Assembly: GCA_950097015.1 (NCBI GenBank)
Contig: CATNEN010000001.1
Span: 8,742,001 to 8,806,000, forward strand
Origin: Macrostomum hystrix
Lineage: Eukaryota; Animalia; Platyhelminthes
Length of the DNA stretch: 64,000 bases
Direction: 5' to 3'
Position 1 is the first letter of the stretch; each line of letters opens with the position of its first letter. The notes beneath the pieces were generated by a model. The model made no database searches, was not told where the DNA came from, and saw only the letters and a list, made by a program, of their open reading frames with translations. Below are positions 1 to 14,400 of the stretch, in pieces. Position numbers and translations under genes: made by a program.

Positions 1-450
1 CTCTCGTCTCCTGTCTCTCATCTCCTGTCTCCAATCTCCTGTCTCTTATCTCCTGTTTCGCATTTCGTGTTTCTCATCTCCTGTCTCCAATCTCCTGTCT
101 CTCATCTCCTGTCTCTTATCTCCTGTCTCTAATCTCCTGTTTCTCATCTCCTGTCTCTTATCTCATGTCTCTCATCTCCTGTCTCTTATCTCCTGTCTCT
201 CATCTCCTGTCTCTCATCTCCTGTCTCCAATCTCCTGTCTCTCATCTCCTGTCTCTCGTCTCTTGTCTCTCGTCTCCTGTCTCTCGTCTCCTGTCTCTCG
301 TCTCCTGTCTCTCGTCTCCTGTCTCTCATCTACTGCCTCTCATCTCCTGTCTCTCATCTCCTGTCTCTCATCTCCTGTCTCTCGTCTCCTGTCTCTCGTC
401 TCCTGTCTCTCGTCTCCTGTCTCTCATCTCATGTCTCTCATCTCTCTCCT
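1..450. repeat. ~14-bp tandem array (TCTCATCTCCTGTC), a relative of the 16-bp family
   Basis: Directly visible periodicity; truncated by the window start. Confidence 0.9.
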
Positions 451-795
451 TGTCCTATTTATCTTACCTTTGCTTTAAGCTACTAGTCTAGCCAAAGGAC
501 ACTATTTTATTTAGTTTTTCACTAGCACAGGTTTTGGTTAATTTTGACAGAAAAGAAGATATCACTCGAAATATGTCCGAGCTTCTATTTATTTTTGTTT
601 TTTTGTATTTCTCACTTTCTAATTGTTGTGAAATCGTTGTCAGTGTTGTTCTAATCGTGGAATCATGAAACTGGCTGTTTTGTGTTTTCGTTAGCAACAT
701 ATTATAAATTTTCTGTGCATGAAAATCTTATCAAATTAAATTATCTTTGTTATCTTGATCATGCACACAATAAGGAATCATTTTTTTACCCGCAG

Positions 796-3700
796 GTCCG
801 TAATCTTCTTTGTCAACAGAAGCCAAAGCCTTTGGATTATTCAACTGGTGGTGGCTTTGATTAGTCTAACAGAGACCTGTCTAGTCACCTATTTGGGCTA
901 CAAGGTAAACTTAGATAACAACTATTATTTTGAATGTTTTTGACAGGTCTAATATGAAATCAAAGCCTGTACGCAACCTAAACTTGCAGGGCAACATTTG
1001 GTACAACATCTTGGCTCCATCGTTTTTGCTAGAGTTGATAAACACGTTGCCCTTCATTGTTACCGTGAGTGTCATTTTGAAGCCTACAGTTTCTGAAATA
1101 GATTAGACTATAGATAAGATAAGATAAGTAACATTAGATTAGACTAGAATAGAGTAGATTACCCTAGATTAGACGAGATTAGACTAGGTTAGATTAGATG
1201 AGATTAGCCAAAACTGACAATCTTGCCTCAACCCTGCTAATTTTTTTACAGATCTTCTCAGCTCAACTTCGATGTCTGTTCGTCCCAGTGTTTCTCAACT
1301 GTTGGTTGGCAAAAAAGCAGCTGGAGCAGATGTTTGTGAGTTGAATAATCTGATCTTTGACAAGCCGCAAGAATCGTAGATAGAATCGTAGATAGAGTCG
1401 CAGATAGAGTCGCAGATGGAATCGTAGATATAATCTTAGATATATTTTGGATAGAATCGTAAAAAGAATCTTACAGTCCATTAGCTAAAATCGTAGAAAT
1501 AATGTCTTCTAAAAGCCATTCTGTTGCTCCATTCCGTTGAGTTATTAAAAATGAATAATTAATAACTTAAGCTGCGATCTCTGCACCAGAGAAAGCCGAA
1601 GACACTCAGGCGAGGATAAAAATGCGTGAATATCCTATATCAGCCCTTAAAACTTCTATTTACGTGACCCTGGGTAAACTTAAAAGTATATATTTAATAA
1701 ACTTTAGGGAAAAGCGACCTCATAAACAATATATTCTTATATTGTTTCTATATCCTTTCTCTCTCCAGGGCCACATCAAATTGAACATTTAAAATAGCAG
1801 CTAATAATTTGATTCTCTAGCTAAATATAGAAAATACCAGACACCAGAATGTACTATAACCATTTATTATTTTTGCTTAGCTTGATTGCAAAATCAAATT
1901 CAAATTTAGGCTATGAAGATTTCATAACATCAAACTTTTTGCAGAGAAAACAAATTAACTTGCATATTTACAAGTATAAGTATTTATCTCGGTATTGAAA
2001 TTAATTTTATTAAGCTCATTGAGGGGGCTTTTGGTTTTAATTTAATATGGTTTTAAATTACAAAAAAATTGTCGTGACAACAAATCCGGAGAAAAATTAT
2101 GTAGCTGGGTAGATAAAGATAAAAAACAGAAGATGAATATTTAGTATTACAACATTATTATTTTATATTTATACTTCTTCATTTCTATTCAATATTATAT
2201 ATTCGATTTTGTTAAATTTAAACAGCTTAATACATATGCTACTCGTGAAAAGCTTGAATCTTTTAAAGTCGGTCACAATAAAACATTTCACGCCAGCTTA
2301 TCATTTCATACATTGTGTTAAACATTGTCTAATATACGAACGGGCATGCCATGTTATAAAGAACTAAATTAAGTCGTAAAGTAAAATATTAAGGCATAAA
2401 ACTAATTTTCTGTTTCTCTCCGATTCTGATGGAATTTTGGAGAAATTTGAGAAATTTTGCTGGACTGGAATTTTGTTCCCTGCGTGGAGGATTAACATAG
2501 GATTAGAGTGTGAGCAGTATATTGAGCAGTAATACCTTTGGATACTAATGAGTTACATGCCATCTTGTAGTCTTTCTAATCTGCCATCTAAAAACAAGCC
2601 CTGGAAACAAGATGAGATGCTGATGCTCAGAGCAGGCGATGAGAATTTGATCCCTAATTTCCCGTTCGATTTTAGCAGAGTATCAGTAATAAAGCATATA
2701 GAGGGGCTCTTTTCCATTATATTTATTCTCGGATATGAAAACCAATATAAAAAATTTGAATTCGGATATTCGAAATTGCTTTTCCTGGAAAAAGATCTGT
2801 GCAATTACGCAGTAAAACCTCAGCGGAGTCTTGTGTCATTTTAAGCTAAAGAAAAATTTTCCTTTTCAGCCTAATAACTGATTTGCAACTAGATCGAAAT
2901 ATGATGCTGCAAAATGGGATTTCTTCCTTTTAGAAAATTATTGCAACTCTTAGAAATTAATTTTGATTCATTGTCAGCTCGTCTGCAAATTTAAATAAAT
3001 TAGACTTATTTAGTTCTCTGAGAGTTTACGACTTTCATTTTGAAAATTTTAGCGTGGAAACTGGGATAGAGGACAGAAGAACGAGAGAGACAGGAGAGAG
3101 TCAGAGAGGGGAATAGAGAGATTAAGGTAAACTAGCCACTGTCCACCTGATAGACAGGAGTTTAACCTGTTAGACAGGAATGTTGCCTGTTAGACAGGAG
3201 CGTCACCTGTTAGACAAGGAGTGCCACCTGTTAGACAGGAGTGTCACCTGTTAGACAAGGAGTGTCACCTGTTAGACAGGAGTGTCACCTGTTAGACAGG
3301 AGTGTCACCTGTTAGACAACAGTGTCACCTGTTAGACAGGAGTGTCACCTGTTAGACAACAGTGTCACCTGTTAGACAACAGTGTCACCTGTTAGACAAG
3401 AGTGTCACCTGTTATATTCGCAATATTTTGTTGCCAGGCAGACCTGAACCGAGTTCTTCAGCGCACCTCTTCAGCTCTGGCACAGCGCCTCATGAGTGTG
3501 ACTTCCACCACCATCTGCATCATCTTCACCAGCGTATGCGGCATCCAGCATCTTCAGCGAGGCGGGGAGCAACATTTCTCGCTGTTCCAATCGTTCTGGT
3601 TCGTCATGGTCACCTTCTCGACCGTCGGCTATGGCGATTTCAAACCGGACGTGTGGCCCAGCCAGCTGTTCATGATCGTCATGATTTGTGTTGCCATCAC

Positions 3701-6700
3701 AGTCCTGCCATCGCAGATTGAGAAGCTAGTTGTCACTTGGATTGAACGCAAATCAATGGGAGCCACTTATAGCCGGCACAGGGCTCAGAATGAGAAGCAC
3801 GTAGTGGTTTGCACCACCACCCTGCACTCGGACACTATCATGGACTTTCTCAATGAGTTCTATGCTCATCCGAAACTGCAGGTAGGGAAACTGATTGGCA
3901 ATTCATACCCTGGTAATATGCGTATTGGAGATTGTGTGGGATTTTTGTTAGTTGATTTAATTACGAGTATCATTCCTAATTTATCTCCTCGAATCTTAAA
4001 TATTATCAATCTTCTAATCCCACTCCGAATCTCCATCCAAATTAACTAATCTCTACCCTAATTGACTAATCTCTACCCTAATAGACTAATCTCTACCCTA
4101 ATAGACTAATCTCTACCCTAATAGACTAATCTCTACCCTAATAGACTAATCTCTACCCTAATTGACTAATCTCTACCCTAATTGACTAATCACTACCCTA
4201 ATTGACTAATCTCTACCCTAATAGACTAATCACTACCCTAATTGACTAATCTCTACTCTAATTGGTTATCTAAATCTATCTAAATCTCTACCCTAATTGA
4301 CTAATCTCTACCCTAATAGACTAATCTCTGCCCTAATTGACTAATCTCTACCCTAATTGGTTATCTAAATCTATCTAAATCTCTACCCTAATTGACTAAT
4401 CTCTACCCTAATTGACTAATCTCTACCCTAATTGACTAATCTCTACCCTAACTGGTTATCTAAATCTATCTAAATCTCTACCCTAATTGACTAATCTCTA
4501 CCCTAATTGACTAATCTCTACCCTAATTGGTTATCTAAATCTATCTTAATCTCTACCCTAATTGACTAATCTCTACCCTAATTGGTTATCTAAATCTATC
4601 TAAATCTCTACCCTAATTGACTAATCTCTACCCTAATTGGTTATCTAAATCTATCTAAATCTCTACCCTAATTGACTAATCACTACCCTAATTGACTAAT
4701 CACTACCCTAATTGACTAATCTCTACCCTAATTGACTAATCTCTACCCTAATTGACTAATCACTACCCTAATTGACTAATCTCTACCCTAATTGATTATC
4801 TAAATCTATCTAAATCTCTACCATAATTGACTAATCGCTACCCTAATTGACTAATCTCTATCTCTAATTAGCTCATTTCTACCTGAATCTTTACCCTAAT
4901 CTCAATCCTTCTCTCAGCGCTAATTTCGCACCTAATTTTTTCTTACCGTTCGCAATTTGAAACGCATTAATTTTGTTGTTTTGCTGTCGTTGTTTTCCAT
5001 TTTCTTGGAGATCGCTATCTAACTAAAAGTATAAGCAGAAAGTACGTAAAAGTGCGCGACTGTAAACGAGTGTAGAATTTATTTAATTTTTTCTCTCAGC
5101 TTTGAGACAAGAGAGAAAAATAAATAAGATGTCAAAAAACTTTCTGCTCCAAATTAAACAGTTGCTAACTAGATCTGCAGCAGCAGAATATTTCCCAGCA
5201 GATTTTAAGACAACCTTACGAGTAAACTAAAAACTTGCTTTTTCAGTAAATTCAATATAAAAAAGTAGGAAAAACTCAACAGTGCAAAGAAAGTCGAAAT
5301 ATAATAAGATTCTGACGTTCTACGGTTTTACATAGTTTTTTTATCAATTGTCAGTTCGACTATCTCTTCCCATTTCCCTAATACCAGCTGACAATTCTGT
5401 CCGTTCTCTATCCGTGCTTCAAGCTTTGCTGATCTCAAACTCAGCAGTCTCATCTTTTTTTATAGTTTTTTTTCTGCACACCGACTGCAGAATTCACTCA
5501 CTCCATGCCAATATTTATTGCTGTAGATTTTCCCGGCAGTTTTTTAAGTGCAGACTCTCGTAAAACTGTGCCATTATATTGAACAAATTAGTAGTGAGTT
5601 TAAAATGCTATGATCTTCGGTTGTACTCAAAGCTTGTTTACACCTTCCGAAGATAAATTATACGAGCCGATTACAACAAGGTGAATGAGACACGGGAGAG
5701 ATGAGACACGGGAGAGATGAGACACGGGAGAGATGAGACACGGGAGAGATGAGACACGGGAGAGATGAGACACGGGAGAGATGAGACACGGGAGAGATGA
5801 GGCACGGGAGAGATGAGGCACGGGAGAGATGAGACACGGGAGAGATGAGACACGGGAGAGATGAGACACGGGAGAGATAAGACACGGGAGAGATGAGACA
5901 CGGGAGAGATGAGACACGGGAGAGATGAGACACGGGAGAGATGAGACACGGGAGAGATGAGATACGGGGAGAGATGAGACACGGGAGAGATGAGACACGG
6001 GAGAGATGAGACACGGGAGAGATGAGACACGGGAGAGATGAGACACGGGAGAGATGAGACACGGGAGAGATGAGACACGGGAGAGATGAGACACGTAAGC
6101 AGGTCATAGCATCTGAAGCTGTATTCTGAAAGCTCTGCTAACGGAACTCCGCCACCAGGACTACTATGTGATTCTGTTCTCTCCGTGCGAGCTGGACAGC
6201 ACGCTGAAGATCATCATGCAGGTGCCAATATGGTCCCAGAGGGTCATTTATATTCAGGGTTCGGCGCTGAAGGACTCAGACCTGGCTAGATGTAGGTAAG
6301 CAGCGAAAATTACTAGCAAATTGTGTAAGTCTATTATTAGTTTTAAAAACTCACGTTTCTGTTATCGATTAATTTTAGGATGCAGGACGCTGAAGCGTGT
6401 TTCATCTTGTGTCCCAGAAGCTATCAGGACAGAAATGCTGCAGTGAGTTTACTTGCGAGCACGATGAGTCAAATTCAACTAGTCATATTTAAATAATGAA
6501 GTCAGGAAGAAAATGAATAAAGTGACTAAAATTCGATCCCTTCCTCACGACCAACAACGCCCAGGACCAGCACACTATTATGCGAGCCTGGGCAGTGAAG
6601 GACTTCGCTCCTCATTGTCCGCAGTACGTTCAGATCTACCGGCCAGAGAATAAGCTTCACGTGAAATTCGCCGGTTAGTGCAACAGTCTCTTGAATTTAT

Positions 6701-9700
6701 TTTCCCATTCTGTCTTCAACAGGATGCAAAGAGAAATATTCGAAACGATATTTTATTCTCCAGAATACGTTGTCTGCGAAGACGAGTTTAAATACGCCAT
6801 CTTGGCTAACAACTGCCTCTGTCCTGGCATATCAACGCTGGTTACCCTGCTGTTGCACACATCCAGAGGACAGTATGTGTTTTATTTTCTTAAAATTATC
6901 AAGTTAGTCTACTATGAGTAGAAATATAGGAAAAGATAGCTTCGGAATTAAATTAAATTACAGAGAAGGTCAAACCTCGTCCGAGGAGTGGATTCGCATC
7001 TATGGCAAATGCTCTGGCAACGAGATCTACCACGTCAGGCTGGGCGAGTCCCGCTTCTTTGGCGAGTACGCGGACAAGAGCTTTACCTATGCCAGCTTTC
7101 ATGCGCACAGAAAGTGAGTCACTGCTGACAGCCCGGATTTTAGCACTCAGAGACTTGCAACTGAGATGTTCAATGCTAAATATCCTCAATTTAGCATCAC
7201 ATAGGCTCAAATATCCTCAGATTAGAATCCCAAGCACTTAAAGATCATCTGAAAAATGATCTTAAAACACACAAAAGATCCTCAAATTAGCATCCAAAAC
7301 ACTCACAGATCCTCAAATTAGCATCCAAAACACTCACAGATCCTCAAATTAGCATCCAAAACACTCACAGATCCTCAAATTAGCATCCAAAACGCTCACA
7401 GATCCTCAAATTAGCATCCAAAACACTCACAGATCCTCAAATTAGCATCCAAAACACTCACAGATCCTCAAATTAGCATCCAAAACACTCACAGATCCTC
7501 AAATTAGCATCCAAAACACTCACAGATCCTCAAATTAGCATCCAAAACACTCACAGGTCCTCAAATTAGCATCCAAAACACTCACAGATCCTCAAATTAG
7601 CATCCAAAACACTCACAGATCCTCAAATTAGCATCCAAAACACTCACAGATCCTCAAATTAGCATCCAAAACACTCACAGGTCCTCAAATTAGCATCCAA
7701 AACACACAGATCCTCAAATTAGCATCCAAAACACTCACAGGTCCTCAAATTAGCATCCAAAACACTCACAGATCCTCAAATTAGCATCAAAAACACTCAC
7801 AGATCCTCAAATTAGCATCCAAAACACTCAAAGATCCTCAAATTAGCATCCAAAACACTCACAGATCCTCAAATTAGCATCCAAAACACTCACAGGTCCT
7901 CAAATTAGCATCCAAAACACTCACAGGTCCTCAAATTAGCATCCAAAACACTCACAGATCCTCAAATTAGCATCCAAAACACTCACAGATCCTCAAATTA
8001 GCATCCAAAACACTCACAGATCCTCAAATTAGCATCCAAAACACTCACAGATCCTCAAATTAGCATCCAAAACACACAGATCCTCAAATTAGCATCCAAA
8101 ACACTCACAGATCCTCAAATTAGCATCCAAAACACTCACAGGTCCTCAAATTAGCATCAAAAACACTCACAGATCCTCAAATTAGCATCCAAAACACTCA
8201 AAGATCCTCAAATTAGCATCCAAAACACTCACAGATCCTCAAATTAGCATCCAAAACACTCACAGATCCTCAAATTAGCATCCAAAACACTCACAGATCC
8301 TCAAATTAGCATCCAAAACACTCACAGATCCTCAAATTAGCATCCAAAACACTCACAGGTCCTCAAATTAGCATCCAAAACACTCACAGATCCTCAAATT
8401 AGCATCCAAAACACTCACAGATCCTCAAATTAGCATCCAAAACACTCACAGATCCTCAAATTAGCATCCAAAACACTCACAGATCCTCAAATTAGCATCC
8501 AAAACACTCACAGGTCCTCAAATTAGCATCCAAAACACTCACAGATCCTCAAATTAGCATCCAAAACACTCACAGATCCTCAAATTAGCATCCAAAACAC
8601 TCACAGATCCTCAAATTAGCATCCAAAACACTCACAGGTCCTCAAATTAGCATCCAAAACACTCACAGGTCCTCAAATTAGCATCCAAAACACACAGATC
8701 CTCAAATTAGCATCCAAAACACTCACAGATCCTCAAATTAGCATCCAAAACACTCACAGATCCTCAAATTAGCATCCAAAACACTCACAGGTCCTCAAAT
8801 TAGCATCCAAAACACTCACAGGTCCTCAAATTAGCATCCAAAACACACAGATCCTCAAATTAGCATCCAAAACACTCACAGATCCTCAAATTAGCATCCA
8901 AAACACTCACAGATCCTCAAATTAGCATCCAAAACACTCACAGGTCCTCAAATTAGCATCCAAAACACTCACAGATCCTCAAATTAGCATCAAAAACACT
9001 CACAGATCCTCAAATTAGCATCCAAAACACTCAAAGATCCTCAAATTAGCATCCAAAACACTCACAGATCCTCAAATTAGCATCAAAAACACTCACAGAT
9101 CCTCAAATTAGGATCCAAAACACTCACAGATCCTCAAATTAGCATCCAAAACACTCACAGATCCTCAAATTAGGATCCAAAACACTCAAAGATCCTGAAG
9201 TTTGAATTCAGTACATTAAAAGATCTTCAAACATTCCGAAAGTATCGGAAAATTCCAAGAAAATCAGATGATCCGTTCAGCTTTCGAAAATCCCATTACC
9301 CGAAATCCAATCCATTCACAGATACGGCGTCGGCCTAGTCGCAGTGAAATCCTGCGGCCCGAACTCGCAGATTCAGCTTAACCCTGGCCCGCGTCACGTG
9401 ATGCAGGCCTCGGACACCTGCTACTACATGAGCATCACCAAGGAGGAGAACACGGCCTTCGTGGAGACGCCGATAATTCCGGAAAGAGGCATCGATCGGG
9501 TGCCAAGCTTGCGGGAACCGGTGAAGAGGACGCACCGCAAACTGTCAAAGCTAATGTCAGGTAAATAGGAAACTTATGCGCAAACGACTCACTTAAACAG
9601 TTATTTTGTGTGCTTCTCACTTTACCTACAATTTATTACTGCTTCACCTAGCCGCAATTGGCTTTTGAACCTTTGGTCTAAGCGCGATAGTGGTAGACTT

Positions 9701-11413
9701 TTATATCACCCACCCCGTCCTCCACTCTCTTACCCCCAGAACACCCACCCCGTCCTCCACTCTCTTACCATCAGAACACACACCCCATCCTCCACTCTCT
9801 GCCCCCAGAACATCCACCCCGTCCTCCACTCTCTTACCATCAGAACACACACCCCATCCTCCACTCTCTTGCCCTCAGAACACCCACCCCGTCCTCCACT
9901 CTCTTACCATCAGAACATCCACCTCACCCTCCACTCTCTTTCCCTCAGAACACCACCCCACCTCCACCCTCTAACCCTCAGCAAAATTACCCAATTCTTC
10001 ATACTCTCAACCCAAAAGCCCACGCCATTCCCGGTTTCTCTTTCTTAGAATTCACAAAGCAGCAAACCGTTTTGATTTGCTAAACCTATAGAATCTTTTG
10101 TTAGTGTTATTTAAAATATCTTATCTAACGTGTAATTTTGAAATGATGATATTCCTATGTTCCAGCACCACCGGAGATTCGCAAATACAGAGGCGAAGAT
10201 AAGACATCGTCAATTTTTCTAGGAAATACAGCTACAGCTACTGTCAGTAGTAGGTCTTGTATTGTATTGAAAATAAACCCATTTAGCAACGAATTAACAC
10301 AAAGAATTAAAATGGATTTTAAAAGCACTGGAAAATTGCGAGCTAGTAGTATCAATTTCTTTTTGTTTCAACTGTGAAATTTAATGATTTTCTGGTTAAA
10401 ATTTTTATTAAACTCAACTGCGCATGACTGTAGTAACATTATTCGTGTGTAAAATATTTTTTCTTTGCTGGAGATACTACTACAAGTAGCTGTGTTGTTT
10501 AACTAACGTCTTTTTACGAGCATGTGGTAGTTTCGCTACAAATACGTAGACTAACAAGATGTGCTTTATGCAAGCAGTGTATATGTAAATTACTGAGTGT
10601 CAATTCAAAGTGCATTCATATTTAACATTATTTTCATTTCCTCTCATCTTACCAAACGCTTTCATTTGTCTACCATTGTCTACCAAATCTACCATCTACT
10701 TTATTTCACGGCAGATCTAACTTGTCTTATCAGCTAGTATCTGACTTGTTTTAATCACATCTCATCTCATCTAATCTCATGTCATCTCATCTCGTCTCAT
10801 CTTATCTCATCTCATCTCATCTCATCTTATCTCATCTAATCTAATCTAATCTCATCTCATTTAATCTCATCTCATCTAATCTCATCTCATCTCATTTAAT
10901 CTCCTCTCATCTAATCTCATCTCATCTAATCTCATCTCATCTCATCTCATTTAATCTCATCTCATCTAATCTAATCTTATCTCATCTAATTTAATATAAT
11001 CTTATCTAATCTCATCTCATCTCATCTCATCTCATTTAATCGAATTTAATCTCATCTCATCTTATCTCATCTCATCTCATCTCATCTTAACTAATCTCAT
11101 GTCATCTCTTCTCATCTAATATAATCAAATTTCATCTAATCTAATCAAATCTAATCTCATATAATCTAATCTCATCTCATCTCATCTCATCTCATCATAT
11201 CTCATCGTATCTCATCCCATGTACGGGCGTAATGTAATCTTATCTTATCTTTTCTCATCTAATCTAATCTCACCTAATCTCGTCTCATCTAATCTCACTC
11301 TCATCTCACTTTTATCTCTACGTTTGCATATTTAAATATGCAAATATGCAAAGCTCCATCGAAAAAGATTTCCACACGGATCCTACTATCAAAACCACCT
11401 AGGCAAACAGCAG

Positions 11414-11453
<40 letters not shown>

Positions 11454-14400
11454 TGCAGCCAGAAGCAGGAGGCGCAACTGCATCAGCAGCATCGGCCCCC
11501 TATGTCGCAGCCGCAGCCACTGTGGCCGCCGATTCGTCGGCATCAACCTCGGCCAAGAAGCCATTGTGCAAGTTGACTTCGAACACACTGTTCGTTCCGG
11601 GCACCTCGGCGGCTTCGGCGTCGGCTGAACAAACGTCGCGTCGAGGCTCCATCGTCAGCATCGTCGGCGGCAGCGGCAGCGGCGGCAGGCGACCATCGAT
11701 TGCACCTGTGCCATCCTGCGATCAGGGTAAGCTTTAGTTATATATTTTTCTGACACCCCGACACCCTAGACATTGTTTTGAAGCCATCAAGACCATAGAA
11801 TGTCCTCTGACACCCCAGCATCACATCCGACACCCTAGAATCTTATCTGAGGCCCTAGAATCTTCTTTGACACCTTAAAACCTTTCTAATAACCCAGACT
11901 CTTATCTGACACCCTCGAATCTTATTTGACACCATTGTACGAGCTATATTATCTGACACCCTAGAATCTATCCTGGCACCCTCTTCTCTGACACCCTAGA
12001 ATCTATCCTGGCACCCTCTTCTCTGACACCCTAGAATCTATCCTGGCACCCTCTTCTCTGACACCCTAGAATCTATCCTGACACCCTAGAATCTTATCTT
12101 AAACCCTAGAATCTTATCTTACACCCTAGAATCTTATCCTACACCCTAGAATCTTATCCTACACCCTAGAATCTTATCTTACACCCTAGAATCTTATCCT
12201 ACACCCTAGAATCTTATCTTACACCCTAGAATCTTATCTTACACCCTAGAATCTTCTCTGACACCCTAGAATCTTATCTTACACCCTAGAATCGTATCCT
12301 ACACCCTAGAATCTTATCTTACACCCTAGAATCTTATCTTACACCCTAGAATTTTATCTTACACCCTAGAATCTTATCGTACACCCTAGAATCTTATCTT
12401 ACACCCTAGAATCTTATCCTACACCCTAGAATCTTATCTTACACCCTAGAATCTTATCCTACACCCTAGAATCTTATCTTACACCCTAGAATCTTATCTT
12501 ACACCCTAGAATCTTTTCTTACACCCTAGAATATTATCTTACACCCTAGAATCTTATCTTACACCCTAGAATCTTATCTTACACCCTAGAATCTTTTCTT
12601 ACACCCTAGAATATTATCTTACACCCTAGAATCTTATCTTACACCCTAGAATCTTATCTTACACCCTAGAATTTTCTCAGACAGCCATTAGAGTTATTTT
12701 CTGTCTGCCCCTGGTAATTTCCTAAAATTTAAACAGTACAAGTTTTGTTTTATTTATTTGTCTAAACAGTGCCATGTCCTTTTATTTTTTTTCAGTCTCT
12801 AGTAAGTATACACTTCCAAGTTAGAAAACTATTCGTTTAAAAGCGGTGCCCGTCTCCAAGCTTTGGTAGAAGATCTGTGTAGATTCAATTCGTATGCTTT
12901 CTTGGAAAACCCTGGATTGATTTTTGTTTATCTTTTATTTAAAACCTGATTGAATATTTTTGTACAATCGATGGCTAGTTTCCGCACTATTCTACTATGA
13001 GTAGCAAACTTATAGAGTCATAAGTAGTCGTAAAATTTCACATTAAAGTAGCGCTGATTTTGTTAAAGTATGCTCAGAAAAAGGAAAAAATGTGCTCAAT
13101 CGTTGCGAGTGGATGTTAGGAATACATTTTTTGAAAATCACTTAATTATTTTTTCTATAATTAAAACTACTATTAATGTACAAAAGTGACCCAAAAAACG
13201 GAAATTCTAGTCAATTAATTTTCCCTTTCTTTCAGCTCTGATGAGCACGGCAGAATTCCAAGTGCCAAACGAGGATTCGAATGAGCAAGACGATGGAAGC
13301 ATGCCCGAGTGAGAACTTAGTAGTAGTATTAGAAGCATGTATTATCTCATTTTCATTTACATTACACACATCGATTACGCATACTCCATTAGGGCCTGAT
13401 GTACACAACAGGCTATGTACTGCTTCTGTTCAGTCTATGGACTGGCCTGTGTACTGATGCTGTTCAGTCCATGGACTAGCCTGTGTACTGCTGCTGTTCA
13501 GTCCATGGACTAGCCTGTGTACTGATGCTGTTCAGTCCATGGACTGGCCTGTGTACTGATGCTGTTCAGTCCATGGACTAGCCTGTGTACTGCTGCTGTT
13601 CAGTCCATGGACTAGCCTGTGTACTGATGCTGTTCAGTCCATGGACTGGCCTGTGTACTGATGCTGTTCAGTCCATGGACTAGCCTGTGTACTGATGCTG
13701 TTCAGTCCATGGACTAGCCTGTGTACTGATGCTGTTCAGTCCATGGACTAGCCTGTGTACTGATGCTGTTCAGTCCATGGACTGGACTGTGTACAGTTGC
13801 TTTTCAGTCATATCTACCCGAATTTCTAACCAAAGAAAAATGTTCCACTCCGCTTAAGATTCGAACTCTCGTCCTCACGTTAAGAACTATGAACCATAGG
13901 GCTTAAAAGCTCTCAAAAGATTATTAGAAACTTACTTTAACTTTGCTCCAATATATCCTACTAACAAGCAACTTCGCCAGTAGCAAGATGCGCGCATTCT
14001 ATTGGAATTTTCCGCAGAACACTGAAAGACTTTCCGCCAGTGCTGCCCTACATAGGCAATGCGCCCTGCCTGAGTCACATCTTGCGGCACAAGCGCAGCA
14101 TCTGCTGTCTGAACCTATCAGACCATTGTGAGCACTGCAACTACAGCTGCGCTCGCGACTATAATTGGACCAATCGAGGCATCATCGTGTGCGCAGATTT
14201 CGCTTCTAACGGCTTGTACAATTTCATCCTACCTCTGAGAGCCTATTGGCTGACTAAATCGGCTCTGCAGCCAATTGTGCTGCTCTTGGAGAAACAGCCT
14301 GACCGGTACTTCCTGGAGGCTGTGTCACATTTTCCACTGGTCTACTGGATGATTGGATCCATTGACAAGTGAGGTTTTGGCGACTTTTTGAATACCTTTT

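Noticed and set aside
2548-2844. 98-aa intronic ORF and other short or antisense ORFs overlapping the genes
   Set aside because: No recognisable motifs; expected by chance or as antisense shadows of real CDS.
7275-9196. CRISPR-like appearance of the 27-34-bp repeats
   Set aside because: Head-to-tail units with no unique spacers, no cas genes, and a eukaryotic intron context.
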